From: Lytechinus pictus
Taxonomy: Eukaryota
Assembly (NCBI RefSeq): GCF_037042905.1
Contig: NC_087245.1
Location: 7,876,001 to 7,940,000 of the forward strand
Reading direction: 5' to 3'
DNA length: 64,000 nt
Shown here: piece after piece, positions 13,439-25,715 of the stretch
How positions within the stretch are numbered: the first letter of the stretch is position 1
Layout: each line of letters starts with the position of its first letter
Notes under the pieces: model-generated
What the model was told of the DNA's origin: nothing
Seen by the model: only the letters and a program-made list of their open reading frames with translations
The model's database searches: none
Program-made: the position numbers and the translations under genes

Positions 13439-15638
13439 TATAATTCTGTGAGTAACATGAAAGTAAATGATTCAAGGTATTCATATTCACTCTATTCAAA
13501 CCTTAGTGCCATGGATGAATAAGGACATTGAGGGGGGGGGGAGTCAAACAGTCATCAAGGGGAATTTCATTGATATATCCTGAATTAAAATCTTCAGAGA
13601 TGTCTACAGGGTTTGTCTGATTTCAGGCCCTAACAACTTCCCTTATCAGGCTTTTCAGCCTTTTCAAACCAGTGAAAAAACTGACACTTAAATTAGGGAT
13701 ATTCAATGTTTTTTTTGTCTTCTCTATCATTCTTTGATGTTGAGTACATGCAAAATATAATACATGTACATATTTTTTATGGCTATGCGGAACACACAAC
13801 ACAATGCTATGTTAATTGTAGATATTTAGACTTTACATGAATGTAAGTAAATATCTGTTGCACAATCATGTTTTAATAGCCAAACAAAACTTGGTTGATT
13901 TTACTTTGGTGGAATTGTCTTCCTTTTGTGATTTTATGTCTAGGTTTTAGTGCTGTGCTTTATTAGAATCTTGGTTTGTTTTGGTGTTGAGTTTGAGTTT
14001 AGTTTGGAAAATCACTGTCTTTAAAAGAATGCAATCCCACATGTTTCACAATGCGTTATTCCACTTTGTGTTTTACTTGAAGAGTCATGGGGGAATGGAA
14101 ATAAGTTTTATTTCGATTGTTTTATCACCTGATCATTTAAGGCATTTACCATTTTATATTGAATTACCTCATATAGTTCATGCTGTAGTTTAAAAAAAAT
14201 CCATACTTTTTAACATTGATTTCCATTATATGTATTTATTGACTATTTCCTGGAGATTGTTGGCCGATTGCTTTTTTTAATTTCTGCTTTTTTAAATATT
14301 TATTTCGCTTATTCTTTTTTTATTTTCATTTATTTCAATCAATTTTGAGACATAATGTCAGAGTGCAAGTCTTTCCAATATATAGGAGACATTTCAGAAA
14401 GCAAAAGATCAAATCAACAGCCTCATCTATTTTATAAAGTCTTACAGGTTTTGATTTGTAATGGATATATGTACATACTATTGGGCTGCTTCACAAAGGA
14501 TTAAGTTGGACTTGAAGTTGCACTTATATTCCAAATTGCTCCACATCGCTGCATTGGTCCAGATTACCCAAGCTGATAATACATTGCATGTGTAATGTGA
14601 TCCCAATACTATTATTAACAGTAAAACTTGTTTATTAAAGATATTAAAAAAGACACTATCATTCCTGCATGATTGGATACCCCACATTGCAAAAGTATAT
14701 TCACTATGTAATAATTCAGTTTGAAAGAACCCATTACCTGTTCTATCATTCAATTAAAGTATAAAAAAAAACTGTAGAAGTAGTCAAACCTATGTCAGTT
14801 TATTACTTAAGTCATGTATGTCCAGTTTTCTCATTATACAGTGTGTCCAATAAAAAAATTAATCCATTTTCAAAAAGATATATCCTAATCATCAAATATG
14901 TTTTGATTTGAGACCTAATACTAAACAAATTGCTCATTCGTGGCATGTTAGATGTACAAACAATAAATACGGAGGCTTGTCAGAAACGTTTTGCACAGAA
15001 ACTCACATGTAGATTGTAATGCATGTGAGGCTGTACTTTGACATATTTTTTAGTGCAATGTCATAAAGTTACGAAAAATTTAGTACATTTTTGCATAAAC
15101 TTTTCTTGTCGACTGTCGTATATAAAGAAGAAAAACGTGAATGAAAGATCATAAATCATTCAACTATGTTGTAGAAAATAACTGAGAACCCTTGTTTCCT
15201 TCTTATTCTGGGACACATGGTATTGATATAATATGAATATGAACAAGCAATGAACTTAATATTTTGTCTCATGGTTATGGCAGAAAGGGTAGAAAAGGGG
15301 CTATGTGGACTTTATAATTTCACAACTCATGATTATAGCAATGCCAGGCCTAATTAAAGTACATAGGCAAATGGTAAAACCTTAAACTCATCTGAATTCG
15401 CCTAGCATTGACTTATCATGAACCTTAATCAGTTGATACGGTCCAGAATAATGGTAACATAAAGAACTACATACAATAAGTAGAGCAATGAATATCCTTG
15501 TAAAAAAAAAAAGTAAAATGGAATAGCTAACATTGTTTCGCTGCCAATGGTGGGACACCTGTTGAATATCTTTGTAAGAGACGTCTTTCTGATCGAGGAG
15601 GTTATATATGATTTACATGTTATGATCTCTTTATACAG

Positions 15639-15709
15639 GTTCAGTTATCAGGTTGGATGGATGTTAGTGATTGGGTTCGACAAGGAGGTTCTATACTAGG
15701 AACTAATAG
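15639..15709 (+). CDS. PFK: PFK exon (VQLSGWMDVSDWVRQGGSILGTNR)
   Basis: tacag| and |gtatgt, 71 nt, W..V..W...GGS.LGT.R motif. Confidence 0.95.
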
Positions 15710-17821
15710 GTATGTAAGGCATTACAATGAACATTGTACCAATGGGTCATTCCACATTGAAAACAAACTCACTGAAGTATAATCAATTGAGGTCAGTGAT
15801 TGGGTTTGACAAGGAGGTTCTATACTAGGAACTAACATGTATATAAGACAATACAATGAACATTATTCCACATTGAAAACAAACTCATTGAAGTATAATC
15901 AATTGAGGTCAGTGATTGGGTTCGACAAGGAGGTTCTATACTAGGAACTAACATGTATATAAGACAATACAATGAACATTATTCCACATTGAAAACAAAC
16001 TCACTGAAGTATAATCAATTGAGGTCAGTGATTGGGTTTGACAAGGAGGTTCTATCCTAGGAACTAACATGTATATAAGACAATACAATGAACATTATTC
16101 CACATTGAAAACAAACTCACTGAAGTATAATCAATTGAGGTCAGTGATTGGGTTTGACAAGGAGGTTCTATACTAGGAACTAACATGTATATAAGACAAT
16201 ACAATGAACATTATTCCACATTGAAAACAAACTCACTGAAGTATAATCAATTGAGGTCGGTGATTGGGTTCGACAAGGAGGTTCTATACTAGGAACTAAC
16301 ATGTATATAAGACAATACAATGAACATTATTCCACATTGAAAACAAACTCACTGAAGTATAATCAATTGAGGTCAGTGATTGGGTTCGACGAGCGGGTTC
16401 TATACTAGGAACTAACATGTATATAAGACAATACAATGAACATTATTCCACATTGAAAACAAACTCACTGAAGTATAATCAATTGAGGTCAGTGATTGGG
16501 TTCGACAAGGAGGTTCTATACTAGGAACTAACATGTATAAGACAATACAATGAACATTATTCCACATTGAAAACAAACTCACTGAAGTATAATCAATTGA
16601 GGTCGGTGATTGGGTTCGACAAGGAGGTTCTATACTAGGAACTAACATGTATATAAGACAATACAATGAACATTATTCCACATTGAAAACAAACTCACTG
16701 AAGTATAATCAATTGAGGTCAGTGATTGGGTTCGACAAGGAGGTTCTATACTAGGAACTAACATGTATATAAGACAATACAATGAACATTATTCCACATT
16801 GAAAACAAACTCACTGAAGTATAATCAATTGAGGTCAGTGATTGGGTTCGACGAGCGGGTTCTATACTAGGAACTAACATGTATATAAGACAATACAATG
16901 AACATTATTCCACATTGAAAACAAACTCACTGAAGTATAATCAATTGAGGTCAGTGATTGGGTTCGACAAGGAGGTTCTATACTAGGAACTAACATGTAT
17001 AAGACAATACAATGAACATTATTCCACATTGAAAACAAACTCACTGAAGTATAATCAATTGAGGTCGGTGATTGGGTTCGACAAGGAGGTTCTATACTAG
17101 GAACTAACATGTATATAAGACAATACAATGAACATTATTCCACATTGAAAACAAACTCACTGAAGTATAATCAATTGAGGTCAGTGATTGGGTTCGACGA
17201 GCGGGTTCTATACTAGGAACTAACATGTATATAAGACAATACAATGAACATTATTCCACATTGAAAACAAACTCACTGAAGTATAATCAATTGAGGTCAG
17301 TGATTGGGTTCGACAAGGAGGTTCTATACTAGGAACTAACATGTATAAGACAATACAATGAACATTATTCCACATTGAAAACAAACTCACTGAAGTATAA
17401 TCAATTGAGGTCGGTGATTGGGTTCGACAAGGAGGTTCTATACTAGGAACTAACATGTATATAAGACAATACAATGAACATTATTCCACATTGAAAACAA
17501 ACTCACTGAAGTATAATCAATTGAGGTCAGTGATTGGGTTCGACAAGGAGGTTCTATACTAGGAACTAACATGTATATAAGACAATACAATGAACATTAT
17601 TCCACATTGAAAACAAACTCACTGAAGTATAATCAATTGAGGTCAGTGATTGGGTTCGACGAGCGGGTTCTATACTAGGAACTAACATGTATATAAGACA
17701 ATACAATGAACATTATTCCACATTGAAAACAAACTCACTGAAGTATAATCAATTGAGGTCAGTGATTGGGTTCAACGAGCGGGTTCTATACTAGGAAGTA
17801 ACAGACATTACAATGAACATT
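15710..17821 (+). repeat. 116-bp tandem array (18 units) derived from the PFK exon 3' end and intron start
   Basis: GAGGTC anchors at 15789, 15905, 16021 ... 17755, spaced 116 or 114 bp. Confidence 0.97.
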
Positions 17822-18637
17822 GCCTGAATACAGGTAGGCAGTTTGGGCATTTCATGATACATGCCTCCAAATCACACTTATTGTGATGTCACTCATATGA
17901 GTTTGCTTGACTACATTGTACTCAATAAAATGCATTAATCACAATGTTTCTCTTTCAAAGTGATTAGATACCTCACTACAGTTTTCAGAGAATAATTTTC
18001 ATGATATTGCATCAATATTTGCTCCACATTTTTCAAAGACTGCTCCACAGAACTCTTTTGTGCAGTAGGTATTTACACAGGACTGTACAGAATTTTGTTA
18101 AGAGCCTTTCTTTGCTGCAAAAATATTCCCTGTTTTCCGTGGGGTCTAACTGCAAGTTATTGTTATTCAATGCTTGGGATTTATCCTTGAATTCAATATT
18201 TTTTCAATTTCTTAATTCTTACTCATGGCATGTGTTATATTGTATCTTTAAAAAATAATTGATTGACCCTGAAGCCTCTCATGAAAATGAACATTAGTGG
18301 CGAATGTACATGTATTATGAAACTCACAAATTCCAGATTGAAAAGAAATCAATGTCAGGTACAAATTTTGATAGTTCAAGACAGAAAAATGTTATGACTA
18401 GCTGAACAATGCATCGATGCCGAGTTTCTTAATTTTGGTCAAAATGGGTCTCATTGCAATCTCATTAGTTCAAAAATGTTCTCCTCTGTTCATTAATTGT
18501 TTTGTATTTAATGCTACTCTAACTGTAATACTTTCAAAATTCCTATTCTTTGATGTTTAAGAATACTTTGCCTACAGCTATTTATTTGTTATTTTGTGAT
18601 TAAAATCCAAATCTTTGTTCTTAATCAACAATATTAG

Positions 18638-18725
18638 GACAACTCCAAAGAAGAACATGGCTGTTGTTGCAGAGAAGATCAAGAAGTATAATATTAATGC
18701 TCTTCTGTTGGTTGGTGGCTTTGAG
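18638..18725 (+). CDS. PFK: PFK exon (TTPKKNMAVVAEKIKKYNINALLLVGGFE)
   Basis: ttag| and |gtaag, 88 nt. Confidence 0.95.
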
Positions 18726-18884
18726 GTAAGATGTACATGTAGCTTTATTGTGAATGGTAGTATGTCCAACAAGTTACATGATATGCTTCCATGATTGTCT
18801 AATTGAACATTTCATAACATTGATCAGAATACAAATGACTTGTGCCAGATTATAACTGTATTAGACAAAGTGCGTTGTATTGTT

Positions 18885-19257
18885 CAGGGAAATCAGGGAA
18901 AATTATTTTACTTTTTTTCAGTCAGGGACAAATCTGGGATTTTGATAAAAAATACCTCAAATGAGGGAAAAATCAGGGAATTTCGATCGGCCCAATAGTC
19001 GAAAGCACGGTAGTCAGTTATATTTTGTTGCATATCAAAACAACATCCATTGAATGACTGGTTATGGTGCCTGTCTAATAGTACTAATTAGTTTTACATT
19101 ATTGTTTTTATGCTGAAAGTACATGTACATGTAATTCACTGCAACAACTTAGAAAATATGTGAAACTTTGAACGGGTTTAAATAATTATCAGGGAATTTT
19201 TAAACTTCACAGGGAAAAATCAGGGAATTTTGTTTCCTTGAATAGCTGGGAACCCTG
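18885..19257. mobile_element. DNA-transposon remnant with TCAGGGAA subterminal repeats
   Basis: Multiple CAGGGAA motifs, ends ...GGGAACCCTG; no TSD seen. Confidence 0.45.
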
Positions 19258-19939
19258 ATTGTTGTATATATGTATTTCTTTCAAAACAGACGAATGTATC
19301 ATACAGTGTTCAATGGTAGTATGTCAAAAACGGTACATGATATGCGTCCAAGATTTAAAAATCTGATGACATTGGTCAGAATATGAAATGAATATGCTAA
19401 AAGATAATTGTACTTGTGCACTGTATTGTTGTATAAATATATTCTTTTCAAAATAGACAATGTACCAAAGCGATTTGATAACTTTATAAAATGTGAGCTG
19501 CATGACTTTAAATGCTATAAAAGCATGTCCCATAATGTAAAGATAATGCCCTGTAAAATGTACATCTTAATAGATGGAGAAATATTAAGAAATGTCCAGA
19601 AGGATATTTTTTTTCTCATTTAACTACAATATAATATAAGGGTACCACAGAACAATTTTATGAATTTCATATTTCAATCATAAGACATCTTGATAATGAT
19701 AATGTTTATTTTGAAGCCCTTGTTCTATCAACTGGTAATTCTATAAAATAACCATTTGTACGACTGACTTCCATTCATCTCCATTCTTTCTTCAATTCAT
19801 GACCTGCTCAAGCCGTCATAATTTGAGAGCATTCAACCTTTCATATGAAGTAGAAAAACTGTGACAGATCTTTTATATAGAGGTTCAGAAATATAAAGAA
19901 TTGCTCCTATCTGAATGTAATTATCTGCCATCAGTGTTA

Positions 19940-20342
19940 AGCCCAGCGCACACTATGCGACCCGATGCGACACAATCTTTTTATAAATCGCATTTTGCAG
20001 TAAATATGAAAGTTCCAAGAAGTAAGAATATTTAATTCTAAGATTGGCATAATGTTAGGAATAATAAAATTATAATTTTGCTTTGTGGCAAGCCCTGTGG
20101 TCTGGGTTAAGTCCAAATCGGCTTCAAGTCGCAACCGATGATGACGTCATTACGATTTGGTCTTGAATTTACTTTTATTCCTATAGGGAGGCCCGAACTA
20201 GACTGAATTTCAATTTCAGTAGTACCACCACTATTCTGAACTCTGATCGCTAAGGTTTTATGGGTTTAAATGTCCATATCAAATGTTATTACAATTTTTT
20301 TGAAATTCTGATTGTAACGAATCCCATAGTGTACGCCAGGCT
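19940..20342. mobile_element. PIF/Harbinger-like MITE
   Basis: TTA TSD; TIR AGCCCAGCGCACACTATG...CATAGTGTACGCCAGGCT. Confidence 0.75.
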
Positions 20343-20424
20343 TTAGAACTTAAAGAATAATTTTTTCAAGTTTCCACAAGTCACCCATACCCTCTTTGTA
20401 AATCCTTATGATTCTGATTCATAG

Positions 20425-20577
20425 GCTTACAACAGTGCTATCCAGTTATTAGCTGCTCGGAAGGAATATCCAGAGCTATGCATCCCTGTGGTTGTGATAC
20501 CAGCAACGGTCAGTAACAACGTACCAGGGACGGACTTCAGTCTTGGATGTGATACTGCCCTCAATGCCATCGCTGAT
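20425..20577 (+). CDS. PFK: PFK exon ([51 protein letters not shown])
   Basis: atag| and |gtaag, 153 nt. Confidence 0.97.
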
Positions 20578-22267
20578 GTAAGTTTGTATCACTTCCTTAT
20601 TTCTTCCTCAGTAGTGATGGTGCTTTCTGATTTTGTTTATGCTTGAGGAAAATGATTTGTTGATGGTGGTATATTTATTTTTTATACAACTCCCAAGAAT
20701 GTTCTGTAATCTGATTGGTTGAAATCGGATCACATGATATTCAGCGAATCGCACTATTGCATCCAAAATGCACTATCCTGCACTCTGACGTCATACCAAA
20801 AGTACTATCCTGCACTCTGACGTCAGAGTGCAGGATAGTGCGAGGTCTGGAATTATCTAGAATTTAGATCAAATACAGCATTCGGGGCAACTCAGTAACA
20901 TGGGGGAGGAGGGGGGTGTATAAAACAAACAATGCACACATTCTTGCGCATAGAGGACCTAAATAATGAACTCTGTGCTCGACTCGCCGAATGGATATAC
21001 CGCACACGGTCCTGCGGACCTCGGTGCGGTATGTCCATTGGCTCTTCTCGCACATCGTTCATTATTTGGCCCTGCATGCACGCGCTTACGTGCATTATTT
21101 GTATACTGTTATGTGCATATCCAAAGTAAGCATGCAAATAAGGATTGCAAACTTTGAAAATTTCAAAAGACCATTAGTTCAACAAAGAAAAAAAAAACAG
21201 TATTTCATGTAAACTGTATATACAGATTATTGGTTTTTTTTTATCTGTGTATACAGATTGTTATCTATGCAGATTATGAGATAATAATAATCTCTAGGGG
21301 TATATCTGGTTTATCTACTAATCTATATATGAACCACAACTGTAACCAAATGGCCCCCTCTTGACACCATCCATTGAACATAATGTAATACTGATACATA
21401 TATCTGCGTTAGTCCAATTCTTTACAAAACCCTTCTCATCATGCCTTGGTTTAGTGACCGCAAGTACTTCTTCAGGTACGTTGATACCATTTACTCATTG
21501 GTTGAGAGAATTCTTGGGAAAATACTACTTCTCCAGAAATTTCTTTTATGTCAAATGCAGTGCCACTCACACCCCTGCATTGTCATCTTCCTGAAGATGA
21601 GAAGAACGCACTTGTTGAAACATTATGTTTGGAGGGTCCTTTACAGGACCAACGGATGCGCATTAAATATTACATGGTTCCATTCCACTTAATAAGCTTT
21701 CCAGTGTCGGCTCAATCTAAAGGTCTTGAACTTGAAGAACCCTTGCAATCATCAATGTACATTGGTTTAAGAATTATTTTCTCATGGCTAAACTCTGAAA
21801 GGAGACTGATCCCCAGATTGCATTCTTGTGTCAACCTTTTGGGAAAGTACTTGCACCTAGTACCTGCCACAACTTGTACAATTATAACTGTGGAATTTAG
21901 GCATAACGTTTGGAACCCTTCAATTATGTATGCAGTGATCCCTGCCTGCATCAGTTAATCTTTATATTAATACAGATTATAACTAGTTTATCAGATAAGA
22001 ATTTTTCTACTAATCTGTGTATACAGATCACAATAATCTGTTACCGTGATTAAAGTTATTTAGAAGAAACCCATAATCCATATATTCAGGTTATTATCTG
22101 TATTACAGATTAGTAGAAAATTATAATATAGGTTAGATAAAATACCGTAATCCAAACTGTTTATTTAAAAAGTCGTAATAAAGATCATAAACAAATAAGG
22201 AAAAAAATAAAAAGTAGCACGCATGCTCATCTTGTCTATTTTATTGTACCTTCTCTATCCTTCCCAG

Positions 22268-22432
22268 ATTTGCGATCGTATCAAGCAATCTGCCAGTGGC
22301 TCAAAGAGGCGTGTCTTCATCGTAGAGACCATGGGTGGTTACTGTGGTTACCTAGCAACCATGAGCGGCTTAGCAGGAGGAGCTGATGCAGCTTACATAT
22401 ATGAAGAACCTTTCTCTATAAAGGATCTGGAG
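22268..22432 (+). CDS. PFK: PFK exon ([55 protein letters not shown])
   Basis: cccag| and |gtatg, 165 nt. Confidence 0.97.
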
Positions 22433-22892
22433 GTATGTACTTCTTACTATTACAGTCCAGACACAGTATATAAGTTTAAATGTTATGATGTCCACTTATT
22501 GGTTAGTGAATATAATGCTCTATCAATGATTTCTTCTAAAGTTTTTCTCTCCAGACTGAAATATATAGTCTAATTAAATGTAAAATGCATCTATTGAATA
22601 GGTTCATAAAACTCATATGGATTGCAAACCCTCAAATTTGTTGTCAATATATCTGCATGTTTAAAAGATTTGATTACAGTTATTCTAAAAAAAAAAAAAC
22701 AACCTTGTAACCATCAGAATCTAGTCCAATCCATTGAATATAGTATATGGTATAGAACCCTTTTCTGAAGTCACAAATAGCATCACAATAATGTTGACAT
22801 TCCTTCTTCTAAAAATAGATCTCTTATTTGTTGATTTTGAATAGGTTTTCCTAATTCATTGTGTAATATGTTTATGATTGAATGACTTTCAG

Positions 22893-22954
22893 CTTGATGT
22901 AACTCACTTGGCAGCCAAGATAGCTGATGGTGTTCAGAGAGGACTTATTCTCAG
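22893..22954 (+). CDS. PFK: PFK exon (LDVTHLAAKIADGVQRGLILR)
   Basis: ttcag| and |gtagtg, 62 nt. Confidence 0.94.
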
Positions 22955-23414
22955 GTAGTGTATATTAAACTCCATGTACAGTATTAAAGGGAAAATCACC
23001 ATTGAATATTTGTTTCTTTTTTCTAGTTTATATTAAAATTTGTAAAACTCTGAAATGATCATGATTTGAGTATGTTATGATATGAATTAAGGTTTTTCAT
23101 CATGTTCTACCAAAATATGGTATTATAAACAATGAAATGCACGGAAAGGAAATTGAAGTCACACTATGATTCTCTATTTATCTGATATTTCAAGTTCCAT
23201 CACTGGACACCATAAAAGTCCTGAATAAGATTCATGTCATTTCCATCAGAATTTGTTCTTTTCATAGAGAATTATTTTGTACCGTAGGGAGTACTTTTAG
23301 CTCCAACTGGTGAATTCTTCAGATGTCATCGTAGATTGCAGTATAATACTGATCATGAGAGAATAGTATTGTGTTAATGTTGTTCTACGTTGCCCCATGT
23401 TCATTATATACCAG

Positions 23415-23526
23415 GAATGAGAATGCAAGCAGTAATTTCACCACCGAGTTCCTCCAGCGTTTATACTCTGAGGAAGGCAAGCATCTCTTTACTACAAGGA
23501 TGAATGTACTCGGTCACATGCAACAG
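23415..23526 (+). CDS. PFK: PFK exon ([37 protein letters not shown])
   Basis: ccag| and |gtatac, 112 nt. Confidence 0.96.
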
Positions 23527-25715
23527 GTATACAACATACACTCATTGAAAAATAGTCTCGGTGGAAAGATTACTGAATATATGAAAATTAAGAAAACTGT
23601 CTTTTTCACAATCATTAATTTTTTTCCTGTTTTGGTAAGCTTTTACTTGCGAGTCTGCAAGCTTCATTGTATTTGCTGATGCAGTATGACAAAGCTTGAG
23701 AATGGATCATAACATTATCTTGTCTTATGTCTCTGTTCATAGCGGGGTTCCATTCCGCTCCAACTTGTCAGTTATGACTGAATAAAGAATTAACATATCT
23801 TGTCAATATTTTACATCTAGGAAAATCAGATTTTTTTTTCATTTTCCAAGAAGAAAAAATCTGTTCTCCAGGAATAGAATATCTGTAATGACAATGAGAG
23901 CATTACAATTTGGGTTGTAATGGCTTGTTAATGTCTCCAAGGGGACCAGTCATGCTGATATTATTCAATAAAAATCATGAACTTGTGATGGCATATTGGC
24001 TTTGACATTAATAATGATATTATGCAATAATTATATCGCATTTAATATAATGTTTCTAAGGGCTGCATACTATTACCATGGCTTTAGCATGGTCACCTTG
24101 ATTAGGCATTCTATTAGCTAATGCCCACTAATAAATTATTGCTGCTTGTTTGTTCTTAATATTAGGCCTTTTAAAAAGCCTCATTAAATATTTCAAGAAG
24201 CAGAATAACCATTATTGCACACATTTCTTTGTTAAAGTTCTATAAGTTTAGCCATGTGTACTTCTCTGAGAGATAATTTTATAAGACAATGTCTTTTTTT
24301 AGTCAAGCTTAGACAACTTTTGTCTTTTTATCACTACATTAGTGCCCTTTGGTAAGGCATTGATTTTCATTACCAGGTCCCTCAGAGAGTACCTAAAGCC
24401 TTTAGTCCTCTGGTTGGTAACTAAAAAGCATTCATGCTTTCCAATTTGTCGAGTGAAACCCATCGGTTATCAAATCATAATAGGGTGAAGGATATTTCAT
24501 TTTCCAAAAAGCGTATCACCTTTTGTTTATTATTTTTAATCCCATTCTTTTCTTTACCTGTTTTCAATTAATCTTAACATGTTTCATTCTTACATCTGTG
24601 TGTAATAATATAACACAGAGTAATAATTGTAAGAAGCAATGTTTGCTTGCCAGCATATGTACCAAAGAATAGATGTAGTATTTAAACCATTCTTTTTGTA
24701 TGTTGGATTTCAGCGTATTTATGAATTCTATCCCAAATTAAATTTGTTTTGACTAATTCTGGTGATTTACTTGTTTCAGTATTTTGATATTCTAATTAAC
24801 ATATAAACAATCCTTGTTACATATAACTATTATTTACATCATGCACAGCACTGCCGAAATGGGTTTTTTTACTACCAAATCTTTTTGACTTATCTGTAAT
24901 AGTCTGCAGTTAATGAATGACAGGCATGTCTTCTGCTTCAAATGATTATTTCTTCATTGTCACTCCAGCAATAAAAAAATTATCTTCAATATAATACTCT
25001 TTGTAAAATGCATTATTTCTATAGTGCATTCTTTTCAAATCTGATTATAATGGGTGTGCATTTTGCAAGATGATTCATTTGTGCTATATGTGTTTGTGTT
25101 TATTTTTTTATTTTATTTTTTTTGAAATTTGTTTGAAAGGTTATAAATCGTCGCATTTCGTTATCTGTTTGATTCTGCTTGTATGTCTGTGTTCGTTTTG
25201 ATCTGTGTTTTTCAAATTTTGAAACATATCTAAGAAACATTTTATTTTGACTTGGTAAACAATGAAGTGTTGCCCTTCACAAGTTATTGATAAAGCTGAG
25301 AAAAAAAATATGATTGCTGTCAAAGAAGTTTTTAAAAGAAATCCTCTGAGACATTGTAAGAGTAGGAGCATGATAATGATGTTTGTCTTTGGAGCTGCTT
25401 TATATATATATACCAATCCTTTTGCAGGCTAGATCTTATTGTATTCATTCAGGGTCAATCTCAGAGCAAAAACACAAAAGTCAATCAAAAATCATATTGC
25501 TTTCCATTTCAAGTAAACATTTGCTTGGATGGAACTTAAGTACATGATTCCTCTGTTTTATATATGGATCATGTCATTTGAGTCAATAACTACCCATGAA
25601 CAGAGAACCAGAATTATCAAATCATTCAAAGAATTTGCAGAGTACAATTAAGATTGCTGTGTGTGACAAAATAATAGTTATATGTGATAAGAACTGTTTA
25701 TGTCATTGAAGCTTA

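Noticed and set aside
15710..17821. Possible CRISPR array, or repeated 84-aa minus-strand ORFs
   Set aside because: There are no unique spacers, since whole units repeat. The context is a eukaryotic intron with no cas genes, and the ORFs are by-products of the 2-bp deletion units.
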